Source: Patescibacteria group bacterium (lineage in GTDB: Bacteria > Patescibacteriota > Patescibacteriia > UBA9934). From it: DNA of 64,000 nt. The DNA lies in contig JBAZWW010000005.1 in assembly GCA_041660165.1 (NCBI GenBank), positions 16,191 through 80,190 on the forward strand, written 5' to 3'. Numbering within the stretch: the first letter of the stretch is position 1; each line of letters opens with the position of its first letter. Under the pieces are notes generated by a model. That model made no database searches, was not told the DNA's origin, and saw nothing but the letters and a program-made list of their open reading frames with translations. Position numbers and translations under genes: made by a program. Shown piece by piece: positions 1 to 9,621 of this stretch.

Positions 1-176
1 GTGGAGCGGGAGCTCAATTAGGCCAAGAACGAAGAAGATGGCGCTGAACATGAGCCACAGGAAAAAAGCAAAGCGGTAGGGCGAGCGTTGAAGCCGGAAG
101 CGCATAGGCTTACGGTATTTTACTCCAAAAAAGACCGCCGGGCTATGCCGGACGGTCTTTTGAGCTTCTGTATGAG

Positions 177-542
177 TTAATTGTCGAATCTTTCTGGTCT
201 GCCCATGTCTCCCATGCGTGGATGGAGGTTGGGGCGCGTATCACGGTGAGCTTTTATCGCGTCTGCCTGCGCCTGGGTGATTTTCCCGCTGGCCACGCGT
301 TCAGCCAGCCGATCTTCCATGATTGTTTTGCGATCAGCCTCCATTTTAGCCCGCTCCTCATCAAAAACTGCCTGGACCTCAGCCGTGCTCAAATGAAACT
401 TATCAGCTATGGCCGTGATGAGGGAGTCAACGCCCGGTCCTGGCGCTTTTTCAGCGGCAAAGGTGGTGCCAATGCCTAGCGCGCCGATGCCAATGGTGGC
501 GGCCGCGGCCGCGGCAATGAATGATTTCTGCATTCTGTTCAT
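177..542 (-). CDS. hypothetical secreted protein (N-terminal signal peptide, Ala-rich)
   Basis: ORF with hydrophobic N-terminus (FIAAAAAATIGIGALGIG) followed by a charged helical region; no recognisable domain. Confidence 0.45.
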   Translation of the reverse strand: MNRMQKSFIAAAAAATIGIGALGIGTTFAAEKAPGPGVDSLITAIADKFHLSTAEVQAVFDEERAKMEADRKTIMEDRLAERVASGKITQAQADAIKAHRDTRPNLHPRMGDMGRPERFDN

Positions 543-670
543 AAGAAAGAGCTAACCTTAAATATTTAGTCTAACCTACGGCCGAATGTGCACTTTTCAG
601 CCGTTCACTTAGTACTACACAGATGATTCCGGAATATTACAGGTGTGGTAACATGCGGGCGTTTACACTA

Positions 671-730
671 GGTCAATGGTCAAGGTGGTCTAAATGGTCA
701 CTTCTGAATGACCTCTGACCACTTTGACCA
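671..730. promoter_or_regulatory. array of TGGTCA / TGACCA half-sites (inverted) immediately upstream of pyrH
   Basis: GGTCA(671) TGGTCA(677) TGGTCA(695) then TGACC(710) TGACCA(716) TGACCA(725); TGGTCA-N9-TGACC palindrome at 695-714. Confidence 0.35.
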
Positions 731-1488
731 CTTTTACCTTGCATATGACTGACCACCCAAAATATAAGCGAGTCCTTCTGAAGCTGTCCGGTGAGGCGCT
801 AGGCGGAGCAGACGGACGGATCATTGACCCTTTGTGGCTTGAGCGTTTTGCGCGGGAAGTGGGGGAGGCGAAGAAACTCGGCATTGAAATTGCGATTGTC
901 ATTGGGGGATGGAACATCTTTAGGGGCAAGATGGCGGAGGAACTGCACATTCCAAAGGAAACTGGGGATCACATGGGCATGCTCGCCACCGTCATGAATG
1001 CCCTTGCCCTGCAGAGCGCACTCGAAAACTTGGACGTGAAGACGCGGGTCCTTTCGGCTATTCAAATGGATCGGATTGCGGAGCCGTATATTCAGCGTCG
1101 GGCGATCCGGCATCTTGAAAAGGGGCGAGTAGTCATCTTTGCCGCTGGTTCAGGCAATCCGCACTTCACAACAGACACGGCCGCCATTTTGCGAGGCGCA
1201 GAAATCAAGGCAGATATTGTCATGAAAGCCACGAACGTAGACGGCGTGTTCCATAAAGACCCGCGCCAGCATGATGACGCCAGGCGTTATCACCGGTTAT
1301 CTTTCGATGAAGCGATTGTGCAAAAGCTCGGTGCCATGGATCCCACGGCTATGACGCTGAGTAGGGATCGAGATTTGCCGATTCTGGTCTTCAGCTTGAA
1401 GGAGCCGGGAAGCATAACTCGAGCTTTACGCGGGGACGATGTTGGTACGTATGTGAGTCAAGATCCTGAAATTGTGTATCATTCCTGA
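724..1488 (+). CDS. pyrH: UMP kinase (uridylate kinase)
   Basis: KRVLLKLSGEALGG and IVIGGGNIFRG motifs of the amino-acid kinase family; true start may be Met at 745 (MTDHPKYKR). Confidence 0.9.
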   Translation: MTTFTLHMTDHPKYKRVLLKLSGEALGGADGRIIDPLWLERFAREVGEAKKLGIEIAIVIGGWNIFRGKMAEELHIPKETGDHMGMLATVMNALALQSALENLDVKTRVLSAIQMDRIAEPYIQRRAIRHLEKGRVVIFAAGSGNPHFTTDTAAILRGAEIKADIVMKATNVDGVFHKDPRQHDDARRYHRLSFDEAIVQKLGAMDPTAMTLSRDRDLPILVFSLKEPGSITRALRGDDVGTYVSQDPEIVYHS

Positions 1489-1491
1489 TAT

Positions 1492-2145
1492 ATGAAATCT
1501 TCCTCTTCTCTTATTGCTGTGAGCGCTGTGGTGGGATTGGCTGCGATTATTGTTGTTGTGCTTCTTTCCCGCGCACCCACCCAAGTTCCTTCGCTAACAG
1601 GAGCGTCGATCGTTCCAGCGACGGGAACCTCGCTCAATCCCAATGCATTACCCTCTGTCGTTACCACCAAACTATATAAAAATGATAAGTTAGGTTTTTC
1701 CGTCGAGCTCCCAACTGCGGATTCGTTTGCTACGGATGGACGCGACTCCGTGGCGTTTTCGGGTGATGCCATGGCGCCGTGGCATTTTTCTATCGATGCA
1801 ATCGGGAAGGGGATTTACGAGTATCACGTGCCAGTTTATGCAGACACGGAGGTTTGGCTCAAAGACCAGGCGCAGACTCCGCCGTCTGCCGATGTACCGA
1901 GTATTCAGTTTTTGCAGTGGGAAGCTGGCGCGGACGGCACGCAGTTTGCGCTCTATGCCCAATATGTTGTCACTGACATGAACGCTGGCAAACCAATTTT
2001 CGGCAGGCAATTGGCAGCTACGCACGCGGGTGACGGCCGGATTTACACCATCACGGCCGGGGCAACCTATCCGGTGACGGGCGATATCACCGTTGAGCCG
2101 GAATTCCTGTCCCTCATCCAGAGCTTCAAACTTTTGGCGCAGTAA
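1492..2145 (+). CDS. hypothetical membrane-anchored protein
   Basis: single N-terminal TM (LIAVSAVVGLAAIIVVVLL) then soluble domain; no known motif. Confidence 0.5.
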   Translation: MKSSSSLIAVSAVVGLAAIIVVVLLSRAPTQVPSLTGASIVPATGTSLNPNALPSVVTTKLYKNDKLGFSVELPTADSFATDGRDSVAFSGDAMAPWHFSIDAIGKGIYEYHVPVYADTEVWLKDQAQTPPSADVPSIQFLQWEAGADGTQFALYAQYVVTDMNAGKPIFGRQLAATHAGDGRIYTITAGATYPVTGDITVEPEFLSLIQSFKLLAQ

Positions 2146-2147
2146 TT

Positions 2148-2675
2148 ATGGATACCGGACCTCGAGTGCCTGGACGAGCCATTGAGCACGAGCTTTCGCC
2201 TGAACCCATTTCTTGGGAGAAATTTTCTCGTCCGCTCACGCTCAAGTTTGCGGATGAAGGGGGAGCCATGTTTATGGACGAGGGGAACGGCGAAGCCTGG
2301 TATCTTCAGCTGAATGACATGACCTTTCGCCCGCTAGCTGAAGCTGATCTGCACGAAGCCAGGCCAGAGCGTTATCTGCCGTACCAAATTCCGGAGGGTA
2401 CCAAATACGAGAATGGCGCCAAAGCGGCCATGGAGGTCCGGCGAACGCATCTTATGGATCAGATCAAGGCGCTTGATGCCATGAAAGAGAAGTTCCGCCG
2501 GCCAAAAGCTGCCGAGGTGGCGATTGAGCACATCATGGAGGAGCTTGGTTATGTACTGGCGTATCTAATTGAAACCAGTCCCAAAGAACTAGCTCTCCTC
2601 ACAAACGATCTGAACGAAATTTACGAAGATCTGCGCGAAGCCAACCAAGAATCCGAAGCCGTAGCGGCTAAGTAG
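2148..2675 (+). CDS. hypothetical protein
   Basis: ORF tightly packed after previous gene; acidic C-terminus; no known motif. Confidence 0.45.
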   Translation: MDTGPRVPGRAIEHELSPEPISWEKFSRPLTLKFADEGGAMFMDEGNGEAWYLQLNDMTFRPLAEADLHEARPERYLPYQIPEGTKYENGAKAAMEVRRTHLMDQIKALDAMKEKFRRPKAAEVAIEHIMEELGYVLAYLIETSPKELALLTNDLNEIYEDLREANQESEAVAAK

Positions 2676-2718
2676 TTACTTTACTTTTGTTCCGCTTTCC
2701 TCTATTATCCTCAGGCCT

Positions 2719-2793
2719 AGGGGAATAGTGAAACGGCTATCACAGCTCTCTCCAAAAGAGCCATTCTGGGTTCGAATCCCAGTTCCCCTGCCA
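2719..2793 (+). tRNA. tRNA-Trp (anticodon CCA)
   Basis: cloverleaf read by eye: acceptor AGGGGAA/TTCCCCT, D-arm GTGA..TCAC, anticodon stem GCTCT/AGAGC with loop CTCCAAA, T-arm CTGGG-TTCGAAT-CCCAG, discriminator G, encoded CCA. Confidence 0.8.
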
Positions 2794-2800
2794 CAAACCC

Positions 2801-2832
2801 ATCAGCTTTAAAGCTGGTGTTTTTGTTTGTGT
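2801..2832 (+). terminator. rho-independent terminator (CAGCTTtaaAAGCTG + TTTTTGTTTG)
   Basis: GC hairpin followed by T-run directly after tRNA; near-identical copy at 12058-12090. Confidence 0.6.
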
Positions 2833-2995
2833 AATGTTTTTCCTTGGCGAACGTCATATATTGGTACAGGCTATGCGCAAGCAATACAAACGTAAAAAGG
2901 GCAGCGGATGCGCTTTATGCAAACCGCATAAGCATGGTTGGGAAAAAAGATGGAAAGCGAAGGACCGGCCATACCCCGGAAACTTTGAATATGAT

Positions 2996-3024
2996 TTGAC
3001 ATGTTAAAAGTTAATGCATAAACT
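2996..3024 (+). promoter_or_regulatory. sigma70-like promoter of fic (TTGACA-N17-TAAACT)
   Basis: consensus -35 TTGACA at 2996-3001, 17-nt spacer, -10 TAAACT at 3019-3024; flanked by direct repeat AACTTTGAATATG at 2981 and 3021. Confidence 0.45.
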
Positions 3025-3060
3025 TTGAATATGGGTTTTTATACTAAAAGTTAGCTCAAT

Positions 3061-4203
3061 ATGTCTAAATCGACTTTTAAGGCCGGGGTGAGCCGACAGC
3101 AAAAGGAATACAAGAGTTTTGTCCCGAACATGGTGAATGGCCCATTCGCCTGGTCAGATCCAAGAATCGACGTTCTGCTTGAAGAGGCTACTCGTCATCT
3201 TGCGGAGCTGAACGCTTTTTCGCGTTTCATCCCTGATGTTGATTTGTTTATTCGCATGCACGTTCTGAAGGAAGCGACGACATCAAGTAGAATCGAGGGA
3301 ACGCGCACCGGCATGGACGAAGCGGTGCTGCCCGAAGATGAAGTTGATCCAGAGCGCAGAGATGATTGGGATGAGGTGCAAAATTACACCAAAGCGATGA
3401 ATCATGCGGTGAAAGAGCTCGCCAAAATCCCTCTTTCCATCAGATTACTGAAAGATACGCACAGGATATTGCTTTCTGGTGTTCGTGGAAAGCATAAAAT
3501 GCCAGGAGAGATTCGCACGAGTCAAAATTGGCTTGGAGGATCAACTTTGAAGGATGCAGTTTTTATTCCGCCACATCCCGAAGAGCTACGCGATCTTCTG
3601 AGTGACCTTGAAAAGTTTTGGCATAACAAACAAATCGAGGTTCCGCATCTCATTCGTATTGCCCTTAGCCATTATCAATTCGAAACGATCCACCCCTTCC
3701 TTGATGGCAACGGGCGTATTGGCCGTCTACTTGTCACCCTTTACCTCATGGACAAGGGGATGCTCAGTAAGCCGACACTGTATCTATCCGACTTCTTTGA
3801 GCGCAACAAGGGCAAATATTATGACTCGCTCACGGGAGTCCGGTCAGCAAACGATATTGAGCATTGGTTGAGGTTCTTCCTGGTGGGTGTTTCGGAGACG
3901 GCAAGAAAAGGTACGGAAACGTTCAAAAAGATTGTAGATCTTCGCGAGGATGTTGAGCGACGCGTCTTGACGCTTGGCCGCAGAGCGCCCTTGAGCCGCG
4001 AGTTCTTGCAGAAGTTGTATTCGCAACCGATTGTAAATACTACTCAGGTTGCTGAATGGCTCAACATCACGCCTCAGTCGGCGATTACACTCGTAAGCGC
4101 TTTTGAACAGAAGAAGATCCTTCGGGAGACAACTGGTTTCAAGAGAAATCGATTGTTTGAGTTCTCCGAATACCTGAACCTCTTTAAGGGCAAAGGTGAA
4201 TAG
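3061..4203 (+). CDS. Fic/DOC family protein (AMPylator-type) with C-terminal wHTH
   Basis: canonical Fic motif [12 protein letters not shown]; N-terminal Fic_N-like region. Confidence 0.85.
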   Translation: MSKSTFKAGVSRQQKEYKSFVPNMVNGPFAWSDPRIDVLLEEATRHLAELNAFSRFIPDVDLFIRMHVLKEATTSSRIEGTRTGMDEAVLPEDEVDPERRDDWDEVQNYTKAMNHAVKELAKIPLSIRLLKDTHRILLSGVRGKHKMPGEIRTSQNWLGGSTLKDAVFIPPHPEELRDLLSDLEKFWHNKQIEVPHLIRIALSHYQFETIHPFLDGNGRIGRLLVTLYLMDKGMLSKPTLYLSDFFERNKGKYYDSLTGVRSANDIEHWLRFFLVGVSETARKGTETFKKIVDLREDVERRVLTLGRRAPLSREFLQKLYSQPIVNTTQVAEWLNITPQSAITLVSAFEQKKILRETTGFKRNRLFEFSEYLNLFKGKGE

Positions 4204-4233
4204 CGAGAGTTCTAACGTCATTGACTAGCCCCT

Positions 4234-4300
4234 GCCACGTCGTTCGCGAACGACGTGGCCTACCACAAAAATATCCGCTAATCAATGCGGGTATTTTTGT
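4234..4300. terminator. two consecutive hairpins between convergent fic and hisS (bidirectional terminators)
   Basis: perfect 11-bp stem GCCACGTCGTT-cgcg-AACGACGTGGC (4234-4259) and ATCCGC-taatcaat-GCGGGTAT followed by TTTTTGTT, with an A-run on the other side. Confidence 0.55.
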
Positions 4301-4323
4301 TAGGCCATATGAGCGTTAAAACT

Positions 4324-5595
4324 CTAGCTCGGAATCTCGACCAGTTTTTGTTGGCCAGTGAGCATATCCTTTTCGATCATTTTTCCTTGCTTTAGCTCCT
4401 CTGGGGCGATGATAATCACCGTATTTGCTTCGATACGATTCGCCATGCTGAGTTGCTTCTTGAGTTCGTATGGAGGCACGGGCATTACAACGACTTGGTC
4501 TTTACTGCGCAGCTTCTTCGCGACCGAGGTCGCGGTATCGAATTCATTTTTTGAGAACGGAATGATGAGTGTTTTATCTTGCGCAACATTAGGGATAGCT
4601 CGACCTTGCGTTTCGAGAGCCGCAAAGAGCGACACGTCGCTTACCCCAAATCCAACTGCACTCATCGGCTTCCCACCAACCGCCTGTAATAGATTGTCAT
4701 ACCTGCCACCTCCAAAGAGTGCGCGTCGATACTCGCCCGACGTTTCGAATACTTCAAAAACCATACCTGTGTAATAGGCGAATCCACGCATCAGTTGTGG
4801 GTCGTAGACAAGCTGAGTCCATCCGAGTTTTTCGACCTCCTCCATGATGGAAAGGAGTCTTGCTGATGGTTTTATATCCTCAACGATTTTGAGGTCTTCG
4901 GGAGTAATTTGGCTATTGATTACACGGATCTGATTCGTGAACTCTTCCGACGCTAACTTATCTCTCTCATCGAGAAGAGTTAGGAAACGTCCCCTCTCAG
5001 CTTCCTGTATGTTCAAACGATCGCACACCTGATTGAAAGAGGCGCGATCGTTTATGCGAAGCTGAATTTTCAACATATCTAAGCCCGTTGCTTCAAGCAC
5101 CGATAGCGCGAGATCAATGGCTTCAACATCGGACTCAATGCTGTCCGAGCCGAGGAAATCGACATTCAACTGAAAGAAATTACGCGATCGACCTTTTTGA
5201 GGCCGTTCATAACGCCAGCAATCGGCAAAGCTATACCAACGAATGAGCGGTGGCAACTCGCCTTGTTTATTGGCAATCATTCGGGCCAGCGAAGGGGTGA
5301 GTTCAGGCCGAACGACAATCTTCTCGCCACCACGGTCGGTGAAAACATAAGACTGGCGCTCAATGATCTCGGCGCTTGATTTCGCTTCATAGAGTGAAAG
5401 CGGCTCAAGAATGGGAGCCTCGTACTCTTCATAACCGGCCCGTTCAAGAACCCTTCGACAAGCATCTACAAACGCGTTTCGTTTTCGCATATCTTTTGGA
5501 TAAAGACTGCGGGTACCTCTGAGTGATTGGATCTGCATATACATCTTCGCTAAAAATAAAGAAACCCGCAGATAAGCGGGCTTCTTTGCTGTCAT
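4324..5595 (-). CDS. hisS: histidyl-tRNA synthetase
   Basis: class II aaRS motifs (YYTGMVFE, GGGRYDNL) and C-terminal anticodon-binding domain; start probably internal Met (MQIQSLRG, about 5538). Confidence 0.85.
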   Translation of the reverse strand: MTAKKPAYLRVSLFLAKMYMQIQSLRGTRSLYPKDMRKRNAFVDACRRVLERAGYEEYEAPILEPLSLYEAKSSAEIIERQSYVFTDRGGEKIVVRPELTPSLARMIANKQGELPPLIRWYSFADCWRYERPQKGRSRNFFQLNVDFLGSDSIESDVEAIDLALSVLEATGLDMLKIQLRINDRASFNQVCDRLNIQEAERGRFLTLLDERDKLASEEFTNQIRVINSQITPEDLKIVEDIKPSARLLSIMEEVEKLGWTQLVYDPQLMRGFAYYTGMVFEVFETSGEYRRALFGGGRYDNLLQAVGGKPMSAVGFGVSDVSLFAALETQGRAIPNVAQDKTLIIPFSKNEFDTATSVAKKLRSKDQVVVMPVPPYELKKQLSMANRIEANTVIIIAPEELKQGKMIEKDMLTGQQKLVEIPS

Positions 5596-5755
5596 TCAAT
5601 GGAATAACGTCAAACAATCCCGCTCATGCAAAGCGGGTATGCCGCAAAACGATTTTCGTCTGGCACATAGATTTCATATCGCTCATAGGATATAAAATTT
5701 TACTCGATTTGGCAAACGAGGGTCCTAATGTCGCTCGCTGGCCCCGCCACAAATG

Positions 5756-5784
5756 TCTCCGCTAATTTCAGCGGGGATTTTTGT
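5756..5784 (+). terminator. terminator-like hairpin element in a divergent intergenic region
   Basis: TCTCCGCTAATTTCAGCGGGGA + TTTTTGTT, preceded by CCCCGCCACAAAT; member of the CCACAAA-hairpin-TTTTTGTT family. Confidence 0.4.
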
Positions 5785-5861
5785 TGATTGCTCAAACTCA
5801 GATATGATGTATGGAACACTTCACCGTTTCTTCACCAGTTGAGGTGTATTATTCTGACATT

Positions 5862-6524
5862 ATGAAAATTCTTGTCGTAGAAGACGAACCGAAACTAAAC
5901 GAAAATGTAGTGGAAGAATTGCGCGACCGTGGCTATGCGGTTGATTTTGGATTCGATGGTGAAGAGGGTGAAAAGCTGGCGAGAGTCAATGGCTATGATC
6001 TGATCATTTTGGACATCATGCTTCCCAAACGTGACGGGTTGACAGTTTGCCAAAATCTTCGTGCCCACGGAGTGCAGACGCCAATCATCTTCCTCACCGC
6101 CCGAGATACTACGGAAGATAAAATCGCCGGACTGAATATTGGCGGTGATGACTATCTCGTGAAGCCTTTTTCTTTTGAAGAACTTTTTGCCCGTATGCGA
6201 ACGGTGCTTCGGCGCACTCCACAGCTCATGGGGGACGTTTTGGAATTGGATGATTTACGTCTCGATACTCGATCGCAACACGTTTGGATCAAGAAGAAAA
6301 AGCTCGATGTCACGCTTCGAGAGTTTGGCTTACTGGAATTTCTACTACGTAATCATGGAGCTGTCGTCACGCGGGAAGACATCCTTTCCCACGTGTGGGA
6401 CAGGTTTCATGACGAATTCAGCAATGTTGTGAACGTCCACATAAAAAATTTGCGTCAGAAGTTACCAAAAGAATATGCGAAACGTATTGAAACCGTTTGG
6501 GGGAAAGGCTACCGACTCGTCTAG
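5862..6524 (+). CDS. two-component response regulator, OmpR family
   Basis: receiver domain (DIMLPKRDGL, LVKPFSFEEL) plus winged-helix output; longer ORF from 5811 likely N-terminal over-extension. Confidence 0.85.
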   Translation: MKILVVEDEPKLNENVVEELRDRGYAVDFGFDGEEGEKLARVNGYDLIILDIMLPKRDGLTVCQNLRAHGVQTPIIFLTARDTTEDKIAGLNIGGDDYLVKPFSFEELFARMRTVLRRTPQLMGDVLELDDLRLDTRSQHVWIKKKKLDVTLREFGLLEFLLRNHGAVVTREDILSHVWDRFHDEFSNVVNVHIKNLRQKLPKEYAKRIETVWGKGYRLV

Positions 6525-6528
6525 CCTG

Positions 6529-7521
6529 ATGTTCGCAAAAACAAGAATCGTACTCACCATGGTGTACGTCGTGATTCTTGCGGGTATTTTGGTTTCCTCA
6601 AGCGGTATTAGCCGATACATTTTTTCCGAGCGTCTGCGCGCACGGTTCAATGCGTCGGCCTCTGGGCAGGAAGTGACCGAACGCCCGCCGCCACCGGGAC
6701 TCGACATGCGAAATATTCAGGAAGATTTTCAGAATACGATTCTCATGGTGAATGGCGCGCTACTGATTGTTGCCGGAATACTCAGTTACGGACTGGCGGG
6801 GTTAACGCTGCGTCCGATTCGTTCCGCCTATCAACGCCAACGCCAATTCTTAAGCGACGCATCGCATGAGCTCCGTACTCCGCTGGCCATTTTACAAACG
6901 GGACTGGAAAATCAATTACGGAGAAACACAAACGCAAAAGAGGAGAAGAAAATTAAAAGTCATCTTGAAGAGGTGGATCGCATGACCCGACTTGTGGAGG
7001 ACCTACTCCAGCTGTCCTATTTTGCAGAACGAAACGGCAACATTCCGAACAAAAAGAACTTCGCGCTCGCACCACTCCTTCGAGAGACCGCGGAACGGTT
7101 CACTGAACTTGCAGAAAAAAACGGCATCGCCATCGATAACTTTGTTAACGCCAATGCTGACATCACCGTCCTTGGCGATAAACAGATGCTCTCGCAAGCC
7201 ATTGCAAACGTTCTCAAGAACGCTGTTTGCTATAACAAGTCAGGTGGGAGCATTAAAGTTCGTCTTTCACAAGAAAAATCTCAAGCGATGATCGAAATTG
7301 AAGACACGGGCATCGGCATGAATTCAGAGGAGCTTGCGCACGTTTTCGATCGTTTTTACCGAGCCGAAAAGAGCCGCTCCCGAGGTACCGGAGGCAGCGG
7401 GCTTGGTCTATCCATCGCTCACGCTGCTCTCCGCGCTCATCGGGGCAAGATCGAGATTCAAAGCACCCCAAACAAAGGCACAAAAGTTATAATGACGCTT
7501 CCTATCTCCCGTACTTCGTAG
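6529..7521 (+). CDS. sensor histidine kinase
   Basis: two TM segments, H-box SHELRTPL, HATPase G-boxes (GTGLGLSIA); starts 4 nt after regulator stop. Confidence 0.85.
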   Translation: MFAKTRIVLTMVYVVILAGILVSSSGISRYIFSERLRARFNASASGQEVTERPPPPGLDMRNIQEDFQNTILMVNGALLIVAGILSYGLAGLTLRPIRSAYQRQRQFLSDASHELRTPLAILQTGLENQLRRNTNAKEEKKIKSHLEEVDRMTRLVEDLLQLSYFAERNGNIPNKKNFALAPLLRETAERFTELAEKNGIAIDNFVNANADITVLGDKQMLSQAIANVLKNAVCYNKSGGSIKVRLSQEKSQAMIEIEDTGIGMNSEELAHVFDRFYRAEKSRSRGTGGSGLGLSIAHAALRAHRGKIEIQSTPNKGTKVIMTLPISRTS

Positions 7522-7545
7522 TTACAAAATACGCTATCCACTCCA

Positions 7546-7571
7546 AAGACGCCCATGAAGGCGTTTTTTGG
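7546..7571 (+). terminator. rho-independent terminator
   Basis: GACGCC-catgaa-GGCGT + TTTTTTGG after kinase gene. Confidence 0.5.
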
Positions 7572-7637
7572 TTAAAGCTTCTTTACACTTTCTTCACGGG
7601 GGTTCATTTATCCTGTGAGCACTCTTAAAGAAATAGT

Positions 7638-9617
7638 ATGCAACGTATTTATCAATTTTTCCGCCAGCGAAAGAAAACCTCGATACTCATCGGTATTTTA
7701 CTGCTCGGGGGAGGGATCCTCTTCGTGCGAGCGCTGAACCCAGACACTGCACAGGCGCGGTATGTGCTTGAAGTTGCAGCGCAGGGAACGCTTACAACGA
7801 ACGTTTCCGGCACCGGACAAGTCCAGGGTGAGGCGGAAATCGAGGTGAAACCAGAAGTATCTGGAAAAGTTGTTCAGCTGGTCGCAAAAAATGGGCAGCG
7901 GCTTGAGGAGGGTGACGTCATTGCCGTTCTTGATGCGAAGACCGCGAAAAAAAGCGTGCGTGACGCAAGGATCAGCCTTGAGAGCGCGCAAATCGCCTAC
8001 GAAAAACTCACGGCGGATCCAGATACCCTGTCACTCCTTCAGACAGAAAATGCCCTCGCGCAAGCGCAACGGACGCTGAAGGATTTAGAAAACAGTCCTA
8101 CCAATGAGGAATTAGACGATGCACAAGGTGAAGTCGATAAGGCACAACGTTCTTTGGAGCAGGCCGAACGCAACCTCACCAAAATACAGACATCAGCGGG
8201 ACAGGACCTAGAATCGGCTTCTGAGAACGGCTATAACGCTGTAGCGGAAGCATTCACTGATCTCACTGACCTCATGACCGATTTGTCCGACTTCATTGGC
8301 ACAGAACAGAGCGGTGAGGAATATATCAGCTATTACCACCTCTTGGTCAGCGCTTCGTATTCTGACAACGTCCTCAGCGACTATGCAACGGCTCAGGATT
8401 CTTATGCTGACGCTTGGTCCTCGTTCCAAAACACAAATCGAGACAGTAACACAGAAAAAAAGGTCGAGGTCATTACGCTCACGCTTCAAGCGGCCGAGGA
8501 TATTTCTAATGCCCTTAACAGCTCCCAGATCCTTCTGAATCGCATTGAAGATCAAGGCTACGAAAGGGCTGTCATCGCTGATCACATTGATAAAATGCTG
8601 ACGACAATCCCTGCGGATATTGTGACGACGAATGGCATTATTAACTCGCTCCGATCCTCCACGAATACGATCAAGGAAACGGACCTGAGTGCGCCAAATT
8701 CCATCGCCGACGCTAAGGATACGGTGGAGGAAGCAAAAGTCGCTCTTGTTGCCGCACAGAAAAAATACGAGGACGTGGCCGACGGTGCAGAAGAAGACGA
8801 TATTGCAAAAGCCAAAGAAACGGTTGCAGAACGTCAACAACAGCTCGCAGATCTCACGGTCAAGGCCGATAGTCTTGATGTCCGCTCCCAAAAGCTCAGT
8901 CTTGAAAGCGCCCGCAACAAATATAACGATGCACTTGAAGACTTGGCGAAGTATACGGTCCGCGCGCCAATTACCGGAACCGTGTCAAGCATCAGCTTGC
9001 ACGTTGGCGAAACGGCATCGTCGGGCAACGCGCTTGCTGTCGTCGTTGCGGAACAGTTTACGGCACAGATGACTCTGAATGAGGTTGATGTGGCTAAGGT
9101 GGCGATCGACGACCGCGCAACACTCACGTTCGACGCGATCGAAGATTTGACTACCACGGGAAAAGTCGTACAGATCGACACCATCGGCACGGTATCCCAA
9201 GGTGTTGTGAGCTACAACGTCCTTATTGCCCTTGATACCGAAGATGAACGGGTCCTTTCCGGTATGAGTGCCAACATCTCAATTATCACAGCCATTCGAC
9301 AGAATGTTATCGTGGTTTCGAGTAGTGCAGTGAAGTCATTCGGTGATACTTCCTCCGTTGAGGTACTCAATGGCGTTACGGAAACGGGAGGCACGCAGGG
9401 CGTCACGTCAAGCACGTCGCCACGCCAAGTGACCGTAGAAGTGGGTCTCTCCAATGACACACAGACCGAAATCGTTTCCGGCTTGGACGCTGGCGAGTAT
9501 GTGGTCACGAGAACAATAACGGATACCGCAACCGCGACCTCGGCCTCGTCTGCCCCAAGCTTGTTAAATAGCGGAGGCGGTCCTTCGGGTGGATTCGGCG
9601 GATCGTTCCCGCGCTAA
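7638..9617 (+). CDS. HlyD/MacA-family periplasmic adaptor with very long coiled-coil
   Basis: N-terminal TM, long heptad-rich region, C-terminal beta-barrel/lipoyl-like segments typical of membrane fusion proteins; first gene of an adaptor-ATPase-permease operon. Confidence 0.7.
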   Translation: MQRIYQFFRQRKKTSILIGILLLGGGILFVRALNPDTAQARYVLEVAAQGTLTTNVSGTGQVQGEAEIEVKPEVSGKVVQLVAKNGQRLEEGDVIAVLDAKTAKKSVRDARISLESAQIAYEKLTADPDTLSLLQTENALAQAQRTLKDLENSPTNEELDDAQGEVDKAQRSLEQAERNLTKIQTSAGQDLESASENGYNAVAEAFTDLTDLMTDLSDFIGTEQSGEEYISYYHLLVSASYSDNVLSDYATAQDSYADAWSSFQNTNRDSNTEKKVEVITLTLQAAEDISNALNSSQILLNRIEDQGYERAVIADHIDKMLTTIPADIVTTNGIINSLRSSTNTIKETDLSAPNSIADAKDTVEEAKVALVAAQKKYEDVADGAEEDDIAKAKETVAERQQQLADLTVKADSLDVRSQKLSLESARNKYNDALEDLAKYTVRAPITGTVSSISLHVGETASSGNALAVVVAEQFTAQMTLNEVDVAKVAIDDRATLTFDAIEDLTTTGKVVQIDTIGTVSQGVVSYNVLIALDTEDERVLSGMSANISIITAIRQNVIVVSSSAVKSFGDTSSVEVLNGVTETGGTQGVTSSTSPRQVTVEVGLSNDTQTEIVSGLDAGEYVVTRTITDTATATSASSAPSLLNSGGGPSGGFGGSFPR

Positions 9618-9621
9618 ACCT

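Noticed and set aside
5596-5810. T-box leader upstream of hisS
   Set aside because: No AGGGTGGNACCGCG-like T-box sequence on the hisS strand; hairpins present belong to the repeated terminator-like family.
8208-8891. Long antisense ORFs inside the HlyD, FtsX, P-type ATPase, ATP-grasp, SixA-like and GC-rich membrane genes (e.g. 8208-8891, 10736-11449, 19130-20380, 44017-44676, 45548-46084, 50376-51137)
   Set aside because: They lie opposite genes with strong motif support, have no motifs of their own, and several are in GC-rich DNA where stop codons are rare.
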